Origin: Octopus sinensis
Lineage: Eukaryota
Length of the DNA stretch: 64,000 bases
Assembly: GCF_006345805.1 (NCBI RefSeq)
Contig: NC_043023.1
Location: forward strand, 5,518,001 to 5,582,000
Reading direction: 5' to 3'
Under the pieces are notes generated by a model. The model was not told where the DNA came from, searched no databases, and saw nothing but the letters and a program-made list of their open reading frames with translations. Below are positions 50,400-63,662 of the stretch, piece by piece. Numbering within the stretch: the first letter of the stretch is position 1; each line of letters begins with the position of its first letter. The translations under genes were made by a program, and so were the position numbers.

Positions 50400-53315
50400 A
50401 ATGCATTCAATTAGAACCATGTTATGAGAACAATCATAAAAGGTCAAATTTTGCAACATGATGTCATCAATTTCAAAAGAAAAAGGAAGTTTACCCAATC
50501 GTACAACCAAGACTACATACTCCTCGGTTTTGCACCATCATACAGCGATACAAATAAACCAGAATGCTTGGATTGTGGATTGGTGATGACGAATGATTCC
50601 ATGAAGAAATCGAAATTAATGTCCCATTAGCAACTGATACACTCTGGTTCTGTTGGAAGAAGTCTTGATTATTTTGAAAAGAAGTTGGAGATGCGGTGGA
50701 AAAAGGAATAATTGCCATTAGAAGTATTCATAAAGAAAGAAGAAAAAATCAATGTTGGGAAAAAGGCTCTGGGAGCAAGGTACGCAGTGAGTGAATTAGT
50801 TGCAAAGGTGAGTAAAGCTCACTCAATCGCTGAAATTCTTGTTAAACCAGTTATTTTGGTGTCATCATCATCATCATTATCATCATCATCGTTTAACGTC
50901 CGCTTTCCATGCTAGCATGGGTTGGATGGTTCAACTGGGGTCTGGGGAGCCAGAAGGCTGCACCAGGCCAGTCAGATCTGGTAGAGTTTCTACAGCTGGA
51001 TGCCCTTCCTAATGCCAACCACTCCGATAGTGTAGTGGGTGATTTTTATGTGCCACCGGATGGTGTTTTTTATGTGCCACCGACACAGGTGCCAGACGAG
51101 GCTGGCAGACGGCCACGCTCGGATGGTGTTTGTTACGTGCCCTCAGCACGGAGGCCAGTCGATGCGGTACTGGCTACGGTCACGTTCGGATGGTTTTCTT
51201 ATGTGCCACCAGCACTGGTACCACAAGGATACAAATTCCATTGATGTTCATCTATTTTGATTTGATTTTCACTTGCCTCAACAGGTCTTCACAAGTGTCA
51301 CAAGAAGGAAGGTATGCACAGGTGGACTGACTACGTCCCAGGTAGGGGCCACGGGTTATGGCCTCACTAGTCTTGCCGGGTCTTCTCACGCACAAAGAAA
51401 TACTTGGAGAAGAGGCTGCCACTGTTCTACAAAGAGTCCCTTTGTCCAATGACACTGTTAAAAGAAAGCAGGAAGAGATGGCTGAAAATCTGGACGAACG
51501 ATGGGTGGTCAAGCTTAAATTCTTTAAGTTTTCTCTACAAATTGATGAAACAACTCTTCATAACTGCTGCTTGCCTATGTTCGCTTTATCGAAGAGCTGA
51601 CTCTATGAGAAGAAATGCTCTTTATGAAAGCATTAACTGATACAAAAAGTGAGACAATACCTTGCTGCTTAATCACTCAATAGTTTAATGGAGAGTGCCC
51701 TCCAATTGGCAATTTCATCTGTCAATTTTGTCAAAGTTAATGCTCTCAACGAAAGGCTATTTTCACAATTCTGTGAAAATGAGGAGGACCAAATGCTTTT
51801 GTTACATACAGAAGTTCGATGGCTGTCAAAAGGCGGTTGTCTCACACGCCTTGTACAAATGTGGGATACGCTTCTGCATTTCCCCGAGAACATGCACCTT
51901 TAAGCAAGCCGACGGAAGCAAAAGGAAAAGACAAACTTCCTGCTTGAGGCTATGCATGATATTGACACAAAGACAAGAATTTTCTACCTTGCCGACATTT
52001 TCTCATAGGTCAATGCTTTAAATAAATTTATTCAAGTATGCAGCGCAACGACAGTGGACTGTACTGAGAAGACACGGTCATTCATAAACAAGCTTGGTTT
52101 ATGGGTAACTCAGCTCCAAAGGGGACATCTTGTGATAACAACCATCATCAGTTGTGTCAGCCATTTGAAGAGTATGGATGTGAGAAGACGCTTCCGGGAT
52201 ATATTCCACTTGAAGCCACTGAAGTGGTTTTTTGACCTTCATCACTATCATCATCATCATCATCATCATCGTTTAACGTCCGTTCTCCATGCTAGCATGG
52301 GTTAGACGGTTCGACCGGGGATCTGGGAAGCCGGAAGGCTGCACCAGGCTCCAGTCTTATCTGGCAATGTTTCTACAGCTGGATGCCCTTCCTAACACCA
52401 ACCACTCCGTGAGTGTAGTGGGTGCTTTTTACGTGCCACCTGTACAGGTGCCAGGCGAGGCTGGCAACGGCCACGGTCGGATTGGTGCATTTTACGTGCC
52501 ACCAGCACGGAAATGCATGTATATATATAAATACATACATATATTTATATATATACTCTTTTACTCTTTTACTTGTTTCAATCATTTGACTGCAGCCATG
52601 CTGGAGCACCGCCTTTAGTCGAGCAAATCGACCCCGGGACTTATTCTTTGTAAGCCCAGTACCCACTCCATCGGTCTCCCTTGCCGAACCGCCAAGTGAC
52701 GGGGACGCAAATCCCAAACGTCCAACCAATTTTTTTGATCTTAAGGAGAATGCAATCTTAATGATGAAATTGGATAGAGAAAACCTTCGTGGTTGGCTGC
52801 ATGTAAAGACATTTCCAACACTTTTTCATGAAGCAATCTCATTCCTCGTCTGTTTTCCAACATCCTGGTTAGTTGAAGCTGGATTTTCCACAGTGAGGGA
52901 CATTTTCACCCCCCCCCCCCCGCAATGTTCTTCAAATTGTGAAAAGAAGAGATTTGCGTCTCAAGTTGAACGAATCCTTTGAAGTTCAAATTGATAACCT
53001 AATTAAAAAACACCAGCTGCAATGTAGCCATTAATTAAATTGCTTCTTCATTTCTTGTAAATAAAAGTGTAAATATACTTTTCTTCCATTTTTAGATGTT
53101 TTTTTGTTTGTTTGCCGGTTCCATAAACAAGATGTTATAACACTGACGTAGTTTTTATTGCACCCGTACATGAAGCGGGCATGTGGAAACAGTCACTACT
53201 TTATGGGGTTTTATATTCCGGAAGAGGGTCGGATAACTGGTTTAAAGGTCAGTTGCCCTGGGATCTTTTGGTCATAAAAAGTGGGCCCGATGGTGAAAAT
53301 GGTTGAGAACAACAG
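50400..53315 (+). mobile_element. Decayed hAT transposon (Charlie/Buster, ZBED5-like), interrupted by SINEs
   Basis: YNQDYILLGF..PECLDCGLVMTNDSMKKSKL, KAHSIAE, VPLSNDTVKR, FSLQIDETT, LLLHTEVRWLSKG, FPTSWLVEAGFS; right terminus ggttgagaacaacag. Confidence 0.85.
52245..52512 (-). mobile_element. RTE-tail-related short element with (GAT)n tail
   Basis: catcatcatcgtttaacgtcc..ctggatgcccttcctaac. Other copies: 10570-10920, 31600-31870, 50870-51230, 58800-59030(+), 59245-59530, 60100-60500(+), 60845-60975(+), 63770-64000(+). Confidence 0.75.
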
Positions 53316-53350
53316 AGGTAAACCACATGAGAATATGGCACAGAGTTTCT

Positions 53351-54421
53351 GGATCTTTTCCGTTTGAACGGCAGTTTTCAACATGATTTCTAGTTAATTA
53401 AACACTTTTAAACTTCGTATACTGGTAGAATGTGTCAAAATAAAACATTTTTTCTCTTGGCTTTCTTGAGAAAATTGTAATTTGTAAGTTTAACGTAGTT
53501 TAATCTTTCGAATTTTAATCAATCGGTTGCTTCTATTTAGCTAAAATCATTTGCTGCGTCTAAAACTGAGACATCCTGTCACTGATCCTAACCCTAACCT
53601 TAACTGGATCTTTTCCTTTTGAACGACAGTTTTCAACACAATTTCTAGTTAACTAAACACTTTTAAACTTCGTATACTGGTAGAATGTGTCAAAATAAAA
53701 TATTTTTTCTCTTGGCTTTATTGAGAAAATTCTATGGTTTGTAAGATATTTCGTCTGAAATTTCGAGCATTTCGGCAATTTTAACCAATCGCTGACCTCC
53801 ATTTGGGGTGAAATCATTCCGTGCTGTATGAATATGTCCCTCGTTTAAGAAACAGATTGGGTTTATTTACATTTTGAAGAAAAAAAATACCCTTCTCCCA
53901 CCCCTAACCATAACTCTAACCCTAACCCTAAAATAGATTGAAATGCAATAGATCGATACTAGGGTTATAATTTCATTTGATACCGCTAGAAAAAAAATCC
54001 CATTTTGGGTAGTGGTGTTGTATGAAATTGTCACCCATAATTATAATCCTAGTATCGATCTATTGCATTTCAATCTATTTTAGGGTTAGGGTTAGAGTTA
54101 TGGTTAGGATTATGGTTAGGGTTAGGGTTAGGGTTAGGGCTAGGGGTGGGGGAAGGGTATCTTTTTTCTTCGCAAATGTAAATAAACCCAATCTGTTTCT
54201 TAAACGAGGGACATATTCATACAGTACGGAATGTTGCGATTGGTTAAAATTGCCGAAATGCTACAAATTAAAGTCGAAATATGTTACAAACTAGAGAATT
54301 TTCTCAATAAAGCCAAGAAAAAATGATATTTTATAAACACATTCTACCAGTATACGAAGTTTAAAAGTGTTTAGTTAACTAGAAATTGTGTTGACATGTG
54401 CCGTTCAAAAGGAAAAGATCC
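53351..54421. mobile_element. Foldback element of the same GGATCTTTTC family, arms of about 370 bp, with TTAGGG-like tracts
   Basis: 53606-53972 is the reverse complement of about 54040-54421; extra left arm at 53351-53605. Confidence 0.8.
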
Positions 54422-54811
54422 GAGTTTCTTACTCGGAAAAATATTAAAACGGTACATATTTTTTTTTGAGGTAAAATAAAGCACCGTTTAATCAACTTCC
54501 TGTTTCGCTTTTGCTAAATCTAAACTCTTGAATATATTTCTGTTATTGTGGAAATGTTAGAGCGACTGTATCAGTTAAACTGTCCCATTTCCTCTTTATT
54601 CTAAGTAACTCGTCGTCCCAATATCATCCCAAACGCATCTCTATTAATATATATATTCAAATGTATATATACACATATATATACATACATGCTGACAACA
54701 CGTGCTTTGAGAGATTATTATAAGGTGAGATGTTCTTTGTCTTTTCTATCTTTTACTTATTTCAGGCATTTGACTGCGGTCATGCTGGGGCATCACCTTG
54801 AAGAGTTTTAG

Positions 54812-55844
54812 GGTACTACCTGAGAACAGTGGTCCCGGTGCGCGCACTCGCACTAGCGTACTCGCGCATCCGCGCTAGCTAGTCATGACTAGTCGATCCT
54901 TACTTTGTGTTTTTGTTTTATTTACTTTGTGTAAAAAAATTATTTGGTTCTACTAGCGAACAGTGGTCCCGGTGCGCGCACTCGCGCTAGCTAGTCGTAA
55001 GTAGTCGATCCTACAACGACTTTTTAACCCTAACCCTAACCTCAGTTTGTTTATAAAAATTTGGGCAATGTTTCGTTTGTGTGTGTTTGATGGGGTGTGG
55101 GAGACGGACAGTATGTTGTGTAAGTGAAGTGCTTCTGTTAGTGTGTGTGAAGAGACAGAGAGAGTAATGTGTGAAAGAGAGAGATAACTGAAATTTTTTA
55201 CTCGATGTATGTGTATATGTATGTATGTGTGTGTGTGTATGTATCTATGTATGTGTGTGTGTGTGTATGTATGTATGTGTGTATGTATGTATGGCCGATT
55301 CAGTGTAATTTTTTACTCGGTGCATGTGTATATGTATGTCTGCTTGTATGTGTGTGTGTGTATGTATCTATGTATGTGTGTGTATGTATGTGTGTGTGTA
55401 TGTATGTGTGTATGTATGTATGTGTGTGTGTATGTATCTATGTATGTATGTGTGTGTGTGTGTATGTGTGTGTGTATGTATGTATGTGTGTATGTATCTA
55501 TGTATGTATGTGTGTATGTATGTGTGTATGTATGTATCTATGTATGAATGTATGTATGGCCGATTCAGTGTTTACATTTTTTACGGAAATCGACGGAAAC
55601 GTGTGCTACGACAAACGAAACATTGCCAATTTATGTATTCAGCCTTGAAATACAAACATACGTACAAGTCGTTTTGACTAGCTAGCGCGAGTGCGCGCAC
55701 CGGGACCACTGTTCGCTAGTGGTACCAATTATTTATTTTGTTTTGTTTACCTTGCTAGATAGTCGTTGTTGGATCGACTAGTCACGACTAGGTTGCGCGA
55801 GTACGCGAGTGCGCGCACTGGGACCACTGTTCTCAAGTAGTACC
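54812..55844. mobile_element. MULE-like MITE with nested inverted repeats, inserted into a SINE
   Basis: TIRs GGTACTACCTGAGAACAGTGGTCCC / GGGACCACTGTTCTCAAGTAGTACC; 9-bp TSD GAGTTTTAG at 54803-54811 and 55845-55853. Confidence 0.85.
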
Positions 55845-55992
55845 GAGTTTTAGTCGAACAAATCAACCCCTAGTACTTATTTTCTCAAGCCTAGTACTTA
55901 ATCTTCCTTTTGCCGAACCTCTACCTTACGCCAACATGAACATACCGGCACAGGTTGTCAAACGTAGTGGGGGACGAAGACACACACACACA

Positions 55993-56383
55993 TCTTTATA
56001 TATAAAAGTGAAGTTGTGTGTCTGTCTCCTACAATTTAGATTCCTAACTACACCCACATTTTGCGGTGCAGTTTAACCAAAAGTGGGTATCTTATAGTCA
56101 TGATTCATATCAAGCCCTTCTGGGTATTAGCGAGCGTCTACGATGAGTCTACGATTTAAAAAAAAATTTACCATTTTTTTCCATTTTAATGCATTTTTTC
56201 ACTATTATATAAGGGGAGTAACTCTCTAAAAATGTCTACGATGAGTCAACGATTTAAAAAAAAATTTATCATTTTTTTCCCATTTTTGATGCATTTTTTG
56301 GCTATTTTTTGGCTATAACTCTCTAAAAAGCTTATATAGTTATTTCCCTTACAAACCCGAGCAACGCCGGGCGATACTGCTAG
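55993..56383 (+). mobile_element. Complete short non-autonomous Helitron
   Basis: A|TCTTTATATATAAAAG...CCCGAGCAACGCCGGG hairpin...CTAG|T. Confidence 0.85.
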
Positions 56384-57796
56384 TATATATATATATATAT
56401 ATATATCATCATCATCATTTAACGTCCGTTTTCCTTGCACGCACACACTTTTATTTACGACCAGTTTCTTTCAGTTTCCGCCTACCAAAACTACTCACAA
56501 AGCTTTGGTCAACCCAGGGCTATAGTAGGAAACGCTTGCCCAAGGAACCCTGTGGTTGGGAAGCAAGCTACTTACCACACAGCCACTCCTACGCCTATCA
56601 TAGTGCATCTCTTCTTTGTTCCTGACTAAAATTAGACTAAAAAAAAGAACTTTATTCAGGTTTCTTTCGGTTTCCATCTACCAAATCCACTTACAAAGTT
56701 TTGGTCGGCCCGAATGACCCGTTTGTTTTTTTGTTCATCCCTTCGTGTATTTCACGTTATTTATTTATCTATGTATGTGTGTGTATATGTATGTGTGTAT
56801 GTATCTATGTATGTGTGTGTGTATGTAAGTATGTGTGTGTGTATGTATGTATGTATGGCCGATTCAGTGTAATTTTTTACTCGGTGTATGTGTATATGTA
56901 TGTCTGCATGTATGTGTGTGTGTGTATGTATCTATGTATGTGTGTGTATGTATGTGTGTGTGTATGTATGTGTGTATGTATGTATGTGTGTATGTATGTA
57001 TGTGTGTTTATTATATAAAGGTTTATTATATATTTCGCAGCGTACGTGCATAATAACTTCTTTATGTTTATCATTTCAAAACCCCTGCATGATGTCTTTA
57101 AACTATTTTCTTTCCTTCGATTCCTTCTCCCCCTCTCTCTCTCGGTCACTGTCCCCTCTCTCTCTTACCCCCTTCTCTCTCTTATCCTCTTGCAACTTGC
57201 TGCCTCGTTTCCATCGGCCGCTTGTTCAACATGTGTCTTATCACCGAAAAGGTACTTATTTTTCCACGCTTGCTGATATTGTTTTTGTGTCTCTCTGTTT
57301 GTCTCAAAGCTGTAGGGCGCCTGTGCCATCCATGTTTTAACCGTTACTGTCCCCAAAAAAGATTTTTCGTTTCATGTTCGTCTCTGTTGCGTTTCATTCT
57401 TTCCTTCTGTGGCTGGCTGATTCAGAGCGGATCTCAGAATTAAACAGCCGAAATCTGCGATGAGGGATCAGTTTCTGACTGAAGAATGAAGGCTTTGAAT
57501 GACCCGTTTGTTTTTTTGTTCGTCCCTTCGTGTATTTCACGTTATTTATTTATGTAAAGGTTTATTATAGTCGAAGATACTTGCCCAAGATGTCATGCAG
57601 TGGAACTGAACTGGAACCGTATGGTTGGGGAACAAGCTTCTTACCACACGACCACTCCTGGCCTTTTGAAAAATACTAAAGGATTAAACATTGATCTTTT
57701 CACTACCAAACTAACTTTTACTGATCTCTCTCTTTATAAAGGTCTGTGGAAGCAAAGGCCCCTCCCCGAAATCTGAAAACCCCCAAGGGCCCAACG

Positions 57797-57907
57797 ATGT
57801 TTGTGTTGGCTGAAATGAAAGACACTGTTCGCATTAAACCCCACATCTTTCACATCAATTTCACTGGGGCAACAGTTGAAACATTGAACAAGAAGTTTGC
57901 AAATAAG
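57797..57907 (+). CDS. POLR3H: RNA polymerase III subunit RPC8 (RPC25/C25), coding exon 1
   Basis: MFVLAEMKDTVRIKPHIFHINFTGATVETLNKKFANK matches the recalled RPC8 N-terminus (MFVLVEMVDTVRIPP...LNKKLANK); donor AAG|GTAAGG; candidate acceptor at 57740-57741. Confidence 0.95.
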
Positions 57908-58011
57908 GTAAGGACAACATTATTGAAATCCCACATAATATGAATGATCTAAGGACTTGCTCTGTAATTTTGCTGTTGGTATAGGTATTGATCTATAGGT
58001 ATTGATCTATA

Positions 58012-58580
58012 GGTGGCGAGCTGGCAGAATCGTTAGCATGCCGGGCGAAATGCGTAGCTGTATTTCGTCTGCCGTTACGTTATGAGTTCAAATTCTGCCG
58101 AGGTCGACTTTGCCTTTCATCCTTTCGGGGTCGATTAAATAAGTACCTGTTACGCATTGGGGTCGATATAATCGACTTAATCCATTTGTCCCCTCTGTGC
58201 CCCTTGTGGGCAGTAAAGAAATAGGTATTTCGTCTGCCGTTACATTCTGAGTTCAAATTCCACCGAGGTCAACTTTGCCTTTCATCCTTTCGGGGTCGAT
58301 TAAATAAGTACCTGTTACGCACTGGGGTCGATATAATCGACTTAATCCGTTTGTCCCCTCTGTGTTTAGCCCCTGTGGGCAGTAAAGAAATAGGTATTTC
58401 GTCTGCCGTTACATTCTGAGTTCAAATTCCACCGAGGTCGACTTTGCCTTTCATCCTTTCAGCGTAGATTAAATAAGTACCAGTTATGCACTGGGGTCGA
58501 TATAATCGACTTAATCCGTTTGTCTGTCCTTGTTTGTCCTGTCTGTGTTTAGCCCCTTGTGGGCTGTAAAGAAATAGGAA
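58012..58580 (+). mobile_element. tRNA-derived SINE (second family) with its body tandemly triplicated, in POLR3H intron 1
   Basis: One head, then the body tatttcgtctgccgttac..ggggtcgattaaataagtacc at 58061, 58226 and 58395; single copies at 5608-5800, 14720-14940, 33180-33370. Confidence 0.85.
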
Positions 58581-59695
58581 TAGGTATTGTCCTTCTGTAT
58601 AGAACTGATCTATATTGCTAGCTTTTCTTTCTTTCTTTTTTGTCATTCTTTCTGTTTGAGTGTCTGTCTGTCTGTCTATGTACTTGTCTGCCTGTCTATA
58701 TACATCAGTCTTTCTATCTATCTAAATCTCTATCGATGTCTGTCTGTCTGTCTATTTACATATCTATCTCTATGCCTGTTTATGTATGTATGTCTGTGTC
58801 GGTGACACGTAAAAGCACCAACTGTGGCCGTTTGCCAGCCTCCTCTGACCCCTGTGCTGGTGGCATGTAAAATGCACCCACTACAGTCACGGAGTGGTTG
58901 TTGTTAGGAAGGGCATCCAGCTGTTGAAACACTGCCAGATCAGACTGGAGCTTGGTGCAGCCTCCTGGCGTCCCAGACCCCAGTTGAACCATCCAACCCA
59001 TGCTAGCATGGAAAATGGACGTTAAATGATGATAATGTATCTTTGTGCCTAACTGCCCGTCAGTGTCCCTCTGTTTATCTTCTGTCTGACTCTCCCTATT
59101 TCTCTGTTGCATCTTCCCTTTCATCCTTCTTTCCTCCTCCTCTCATTCTTTTCTTTTCTCTCCTTTCATTTCATTTCTTATTGTTTTCAATGCAGACAAC
59201 AGTCAAATTAAATATCTGTGAATTTGGAAATTGCAATGCGTTAAATTACATCATCATCATCATCATCGTTTAACGTCCACTTTCCATGGGTTGGACGATT
59301 TGACTGAGGACTGGTGAACCAAATGGCTGCACCAGGCTCCAATCTTGATCTGGCAGAGTTTCTACAGCTGGATGCCCTTCCTAACGCCAACCACTCCGAG
59401 AGTGTAGTGGGTGGGTTCTTTTACGTGCCACCGGCACGAGGGCCAGTCAGGTGGTACTGGCAATGGTCAAGGAAAATCGTGTTTTTTTTTTTTATGTGCC
59501 ACCTACACACCGGCACAAGTGCCAGTAAGGCTTGCATTTAATCAGAGTCTACATTTTACTGACTCTGTCTACCCAATGGCTGCTTCTGACTGACTTCTTG
59601 GCTTGGCCTACAACTTACTCACCTATCTCTCTGTTTATTCATCAACTGACGACATGTCTGTATGTCTGTATATGTATTCTTACTTCTCCCTTTAG

Positions 59696-59792
59696 GTCGT
59701 ACACAATGTAGGTCTGTGCATTGCATTATGGGACCTGAAAGAGATCAAAGACAGCTTCCTGTTCCCAGGTGATGGGGCTTCACACACAGTTG
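59696..59792 (+). CDS. POLR3H: RPC8 coding exon 2
   Basis: tttag|[33 protein letters not shown]|gtaag; 97 nt; in frame with exon 1; conserved VGLCI and FPGDGASH motifs. Confidence 0.95.
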
Positions 59793-59799
59793 GTAAGAA

Positions 59800-61660
59800 A
59801 TATTTCTTCATTTATCAATAAAATTTCTATAGAATATTCCGCTTTCAGTAAACCCGTATCATCAGCGCAAATAGCTTTCAAAATAATTTCTACTGGATGC
59901 AGAATTTCATATACAACACCCAGAATTTCATCAGCTACGGCATCTGTGGAAAGTTCTGCTCGTAGAGCATTTGGAATGCAACTTTTCAATTTCAGAAATC
60001 TCTCAATCATGAATGCCTTTCCTCCCTTGGACACAAAGACCTGTTGAGGCAAGCGAAGTCGATATAGAACCTCATCCGACGACAGACACCCATGCCAACC
60101 CCCTTTGCTTGTGAGGACATGTTGGGGCAAGTGAAATCGAAATCGGATTGAACCAGCCAGGATCCCTGGTCTGGTGGTACGTAAAAAGCACTATCCGACT
60201 CATGGCCGATGCCAGCACCGCCTCGACTGGCTTCCGTGCCTGTGGCACATAAAATACACCAATCCGACCGTGGCTGTTGCCAGCCTCGCCTGGAACCTGT
60301 GCAGGTGGCACGTAAAAACCACCCACTACACTCACGGAGTGGTTGGCGTTAGGAAGGGCATCCAGCTGTAGAAACATTGCCAGATTAGACTGGAGCCTGG
60401 TGCAGCCTTCTGGCTTCCCAGAACCCCGGTCGAACCGTCCAACCCATGCTAGCATGGAGAACGGACGTTAAACGATGATGATGATGATGATGATGATGAT
60501 ATGGAATGTGCTATTCCACCAAGTTCTGCAATCCAGTATAAGTTTATATTCTCTGTTATCAAAGTTCGCTCGTACAAAATCTTGCAAAATTTCATTTTTT
60601 TTAGGAGATTTACGGAAAAGTTTTGAAATTTTTCTTACCTTATTTAAAACTTCGTTAAATTCAGGTTTTAGCTGGGGAAAACAAGCATTTTCATGAGCCA
60701 AATCTGTCTGAAAAAGTATGTCTTGTTGGCTTATGTCAGCTTCAAAATCACTATCGTCTGTTATAGTGATCTCTTCACTTCTTTTATCAGTCTCATCGGT
60801 TGAGGCAATATTTTCAATATCTTTTTGATAGAGAATGTCAATCACAGGCAGATATATGCACCCACTACACTCTCGGAGTGGTTGGCATGAGGAAGGGCAT
60901 CCAGTTGTAGAAACTCTGCCAGATCAAGATTGGAGCATGGTGCAGCCATCTGGTTCGCCAGTCCTCAGTCAAATGTTGGTGATTAGGTCTTATTTCTTTT
61001 CTGAATTTCACCACCATAGAAGCACCATCCGTCGTACAGCCAACAATGTGTATATCCAAATCCAATCCAAATTCACGAAGATGTCCTCTCACAAATTGCT
61101 CTCTTCTCCTGCTATTAAGGGAGCCATGGATCTCAATAAGACCCAACGACCAATGATTGTCTTTCCCATGAACATTTATGTTCATATATCGTTTATTTTG
61201 AATCCAATGTCAATGAGTAGCGAATCCCCAGCGCTACTTCTTTTTCGAAATAATGAATAAGTTCTTCTTTCTTGGTTATGTAATAATTCTTCACCATATT
61301 CCTGACTCCGTTTGCAGATGGTGGTTGTAATTTATCATATTTGCCTCTCTGACTATGAAGAATTCTCTGTATAAAATCGCTTTTCGCGATTGAATTGAAA
61401 GAAAATCCATCCATAGCAGCTAACTTTGAAACTTCTTCTTCCATTGATTTCTTCGTTAAAATGTGTTCCATTGTTGTTGTCATTTTCACAGGAGGCTGGT
61501 TTGCATCTTGATTTATGTCGATTTGATGAATTTTCTTCAAGTGCAAGATCAGAGACGTAGTAGATCCTCCAGAAGCCTTCGTGATCTTATCACACTTTAT
61601 TGCATTGAGCTTCATCTTTGTTTTTCCTATCGAAAAAATTCCAAACAGTTGATTCTCTTT
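59800..61660 (-). mobile_element. Decayed hAT (Ac/ZBED-like, BED finger) transposase in POLR3H intron 2, split by SINEs
   Basis: GGSTTSLILHLKKIH (BED finger), RYSLTLD, IVGCTTDGASM, KVRKISKLFRKSP, LILDCRTWWNST. Confidence 0.85.
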
Positions 61661-61895
61661 TCATCATGCTAGGGCTATTTACTATTTTACTTGTTTCAGT
61701 CATGGACTGTGGCCATGCTGGAGCACTACCTTTAGTCGAGCAAATCGACCACGGGACTTATTCTTTGTAAGCCCAGTACTTATTCTATCGGTCTCTTTTG
61801 CTGAACCGCTAAGTTACGGGGACATAAACACACCAGCATCGGTTGTCAAGCAATGCTAGGGGGACAAACACACATACACAAACACTCACATACAT

Positions 61896-61968
<73 letters not shown>

Positions 61969-62628
61969 TACGATGGGCTTCTTTCAGTTTCCGTCTACCA
62001 AATCCACTCACAAGGCTTTGGTCGGCCCGAGGCTACAGTAGAAGACACTTGCCCAAGGTGCCACGCTGTGGGACTGAACCCGGAACCATGTGGTTGGTAA
62101 GCAAGCTACTTACCACACAGCCACTCCTGCGCCTAATGAAAATAATTAAGAAAAAATTTAGTTAGTGTTACTTCCTTGAAATGAATCTGGAACTGGTTAT
62201 TACATATGCTCAACGGGAAAGATCACCTGACTGAAGACTAACAGCATCCCCTTTGCTTGCTATAAATAAACTCTGTTACCTAGCGAAGGAGATGACAAGG
62301 TGCTGATCTAAGGTTCAAGGGGAGAGAAGGTGAGAATTGATATGTTGCAATGAAACAGATAGCACTCTCAACTAAAGGCGACCGACAACAGCTCAGTTAG
62401 TTTAGTTTCAACAATATTTCTTCAAAAGAAAAAAAAATGGAGAAATGTTTTGTGAAAAAAAAAAAAAAGAAACAGCAAGCATTAAAATCGGTTTTGGCAA
62501 ATCTGTTTCGGTTTTACTGATCATAATATAAAACCGGTTTTGAGGCCTAGTCACAACACCCAGGCAACACCAGGGTGCATTGCTAGTGTGTGTATGTATG
62601 TATATATAATATATATATATTATATATA

Positions 62629-62667
<39 letters not shown>

Positions 62668-63575
62668 CACACACACACATACACACTGTATCTCACAGAA
62701 GTATGTACACTCAAAATTGCCATTACTCTGATAATATTAAAGGAAATCAAACGAAATTTATACTGAATAAAATATATTATACATGCAAACATTATACAAA
62801 TTTGGAACACAAAACAATAAACATTTTCAAAGATATGAATGAAATATTAATTTTACAAAAAAAAAATTGTCTGATTTCACTGAAATAGGTATTTAATTCT
62901 GAGCAAATAACTGGATGATAATGTTTGACTAAATCTTCCAGCATCACCAGTGATTAATACAAAAAAAAAAAATAATAATTGCAGCATTGAAGGTGTTTAT
63001 AAGCCATTTAAGAAACACAAAATCTGTTAGATTTACTTCAACATATAAATTTTATTTGTCAAAATATTTTCGTCGCTTTGAGACCGCGACCTGTTCACTT
63101 TTCCAAGTCCTTTGATTTTATTAACGATATTATTTTCTTTTCTTTTATCCTTTATCTTTTACTTGTTTCAGTCATTTGACTGCGGCCATGCTGGAGCACC
63201 GCCTTTAGTCGAGCAAATTGACCCCGGGACTTATTCTTTGTAAGCCCAGTACTTATTCTATCGGTCTATTTTGCCGAACCGCTAAGTGACGGGGACGTAT
63301 TCATACCAGCATCGGTTGTCAAGCAATGCTAGGGGGACAAACACAGACACACAAACACTCATATACATATATACGACAGGCTTCTTTCAGTTTCCGTCTA
63401 CCAAATCCACTCACAAGGCATAGGTCGGCCCGGGGCTATAGCAGAAGACACTTGCCCAAGATGCCACGCAGTGGGACTGAACCCGGAACCATGTGGTTGG
63501 TTAGCAAGCTACTTACCACACAGCCATGATATTTTTTCAAATACTGTTTGTTATTTTCTCTGTTTTTCTTTGCAG

Positions 63576-63662
63576 TCCATTTCCGATATGTTGTGTTCCG
63601 ACCTTACATGGATGAAATCCTCGTTGGGAAAATCAAAGGCAGCAGTAAAGACGGAGTGCAAG
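63576..63662 (+). CDS. POLR3H: RPC8 coding exon 3 (gene continues beyond the window)
   Basis: tttgcag|(V)[29 protein letters not shown]|gtaatg; 87 nt; start of the S1/OB domain. Confidence 0.95.

Noticed and set aside
54080-54150. Interstitial telomere
   Set aside because: Short degenerate tract inside a foldback element arm, mirrored on the other arm
54480-54730. Candidate POLR3H first non-coding exon or promoter (donors near 54605 and 54725)
   Set aside because: Only weak motif evidence; cannot be supported without transcript data
55205-57340. ORFs rich in MCVCVY
   Set aside because: (GT/AT)n minisatellite translations
57797-63662. Alternative assignment as the Pol II paralogue RPB7 (POLR2G)
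   Set aside because: The MFVLxEMxDTVRI, NKVVxNVGLCI and FPGDGASH motifs are characteristic of RPC8
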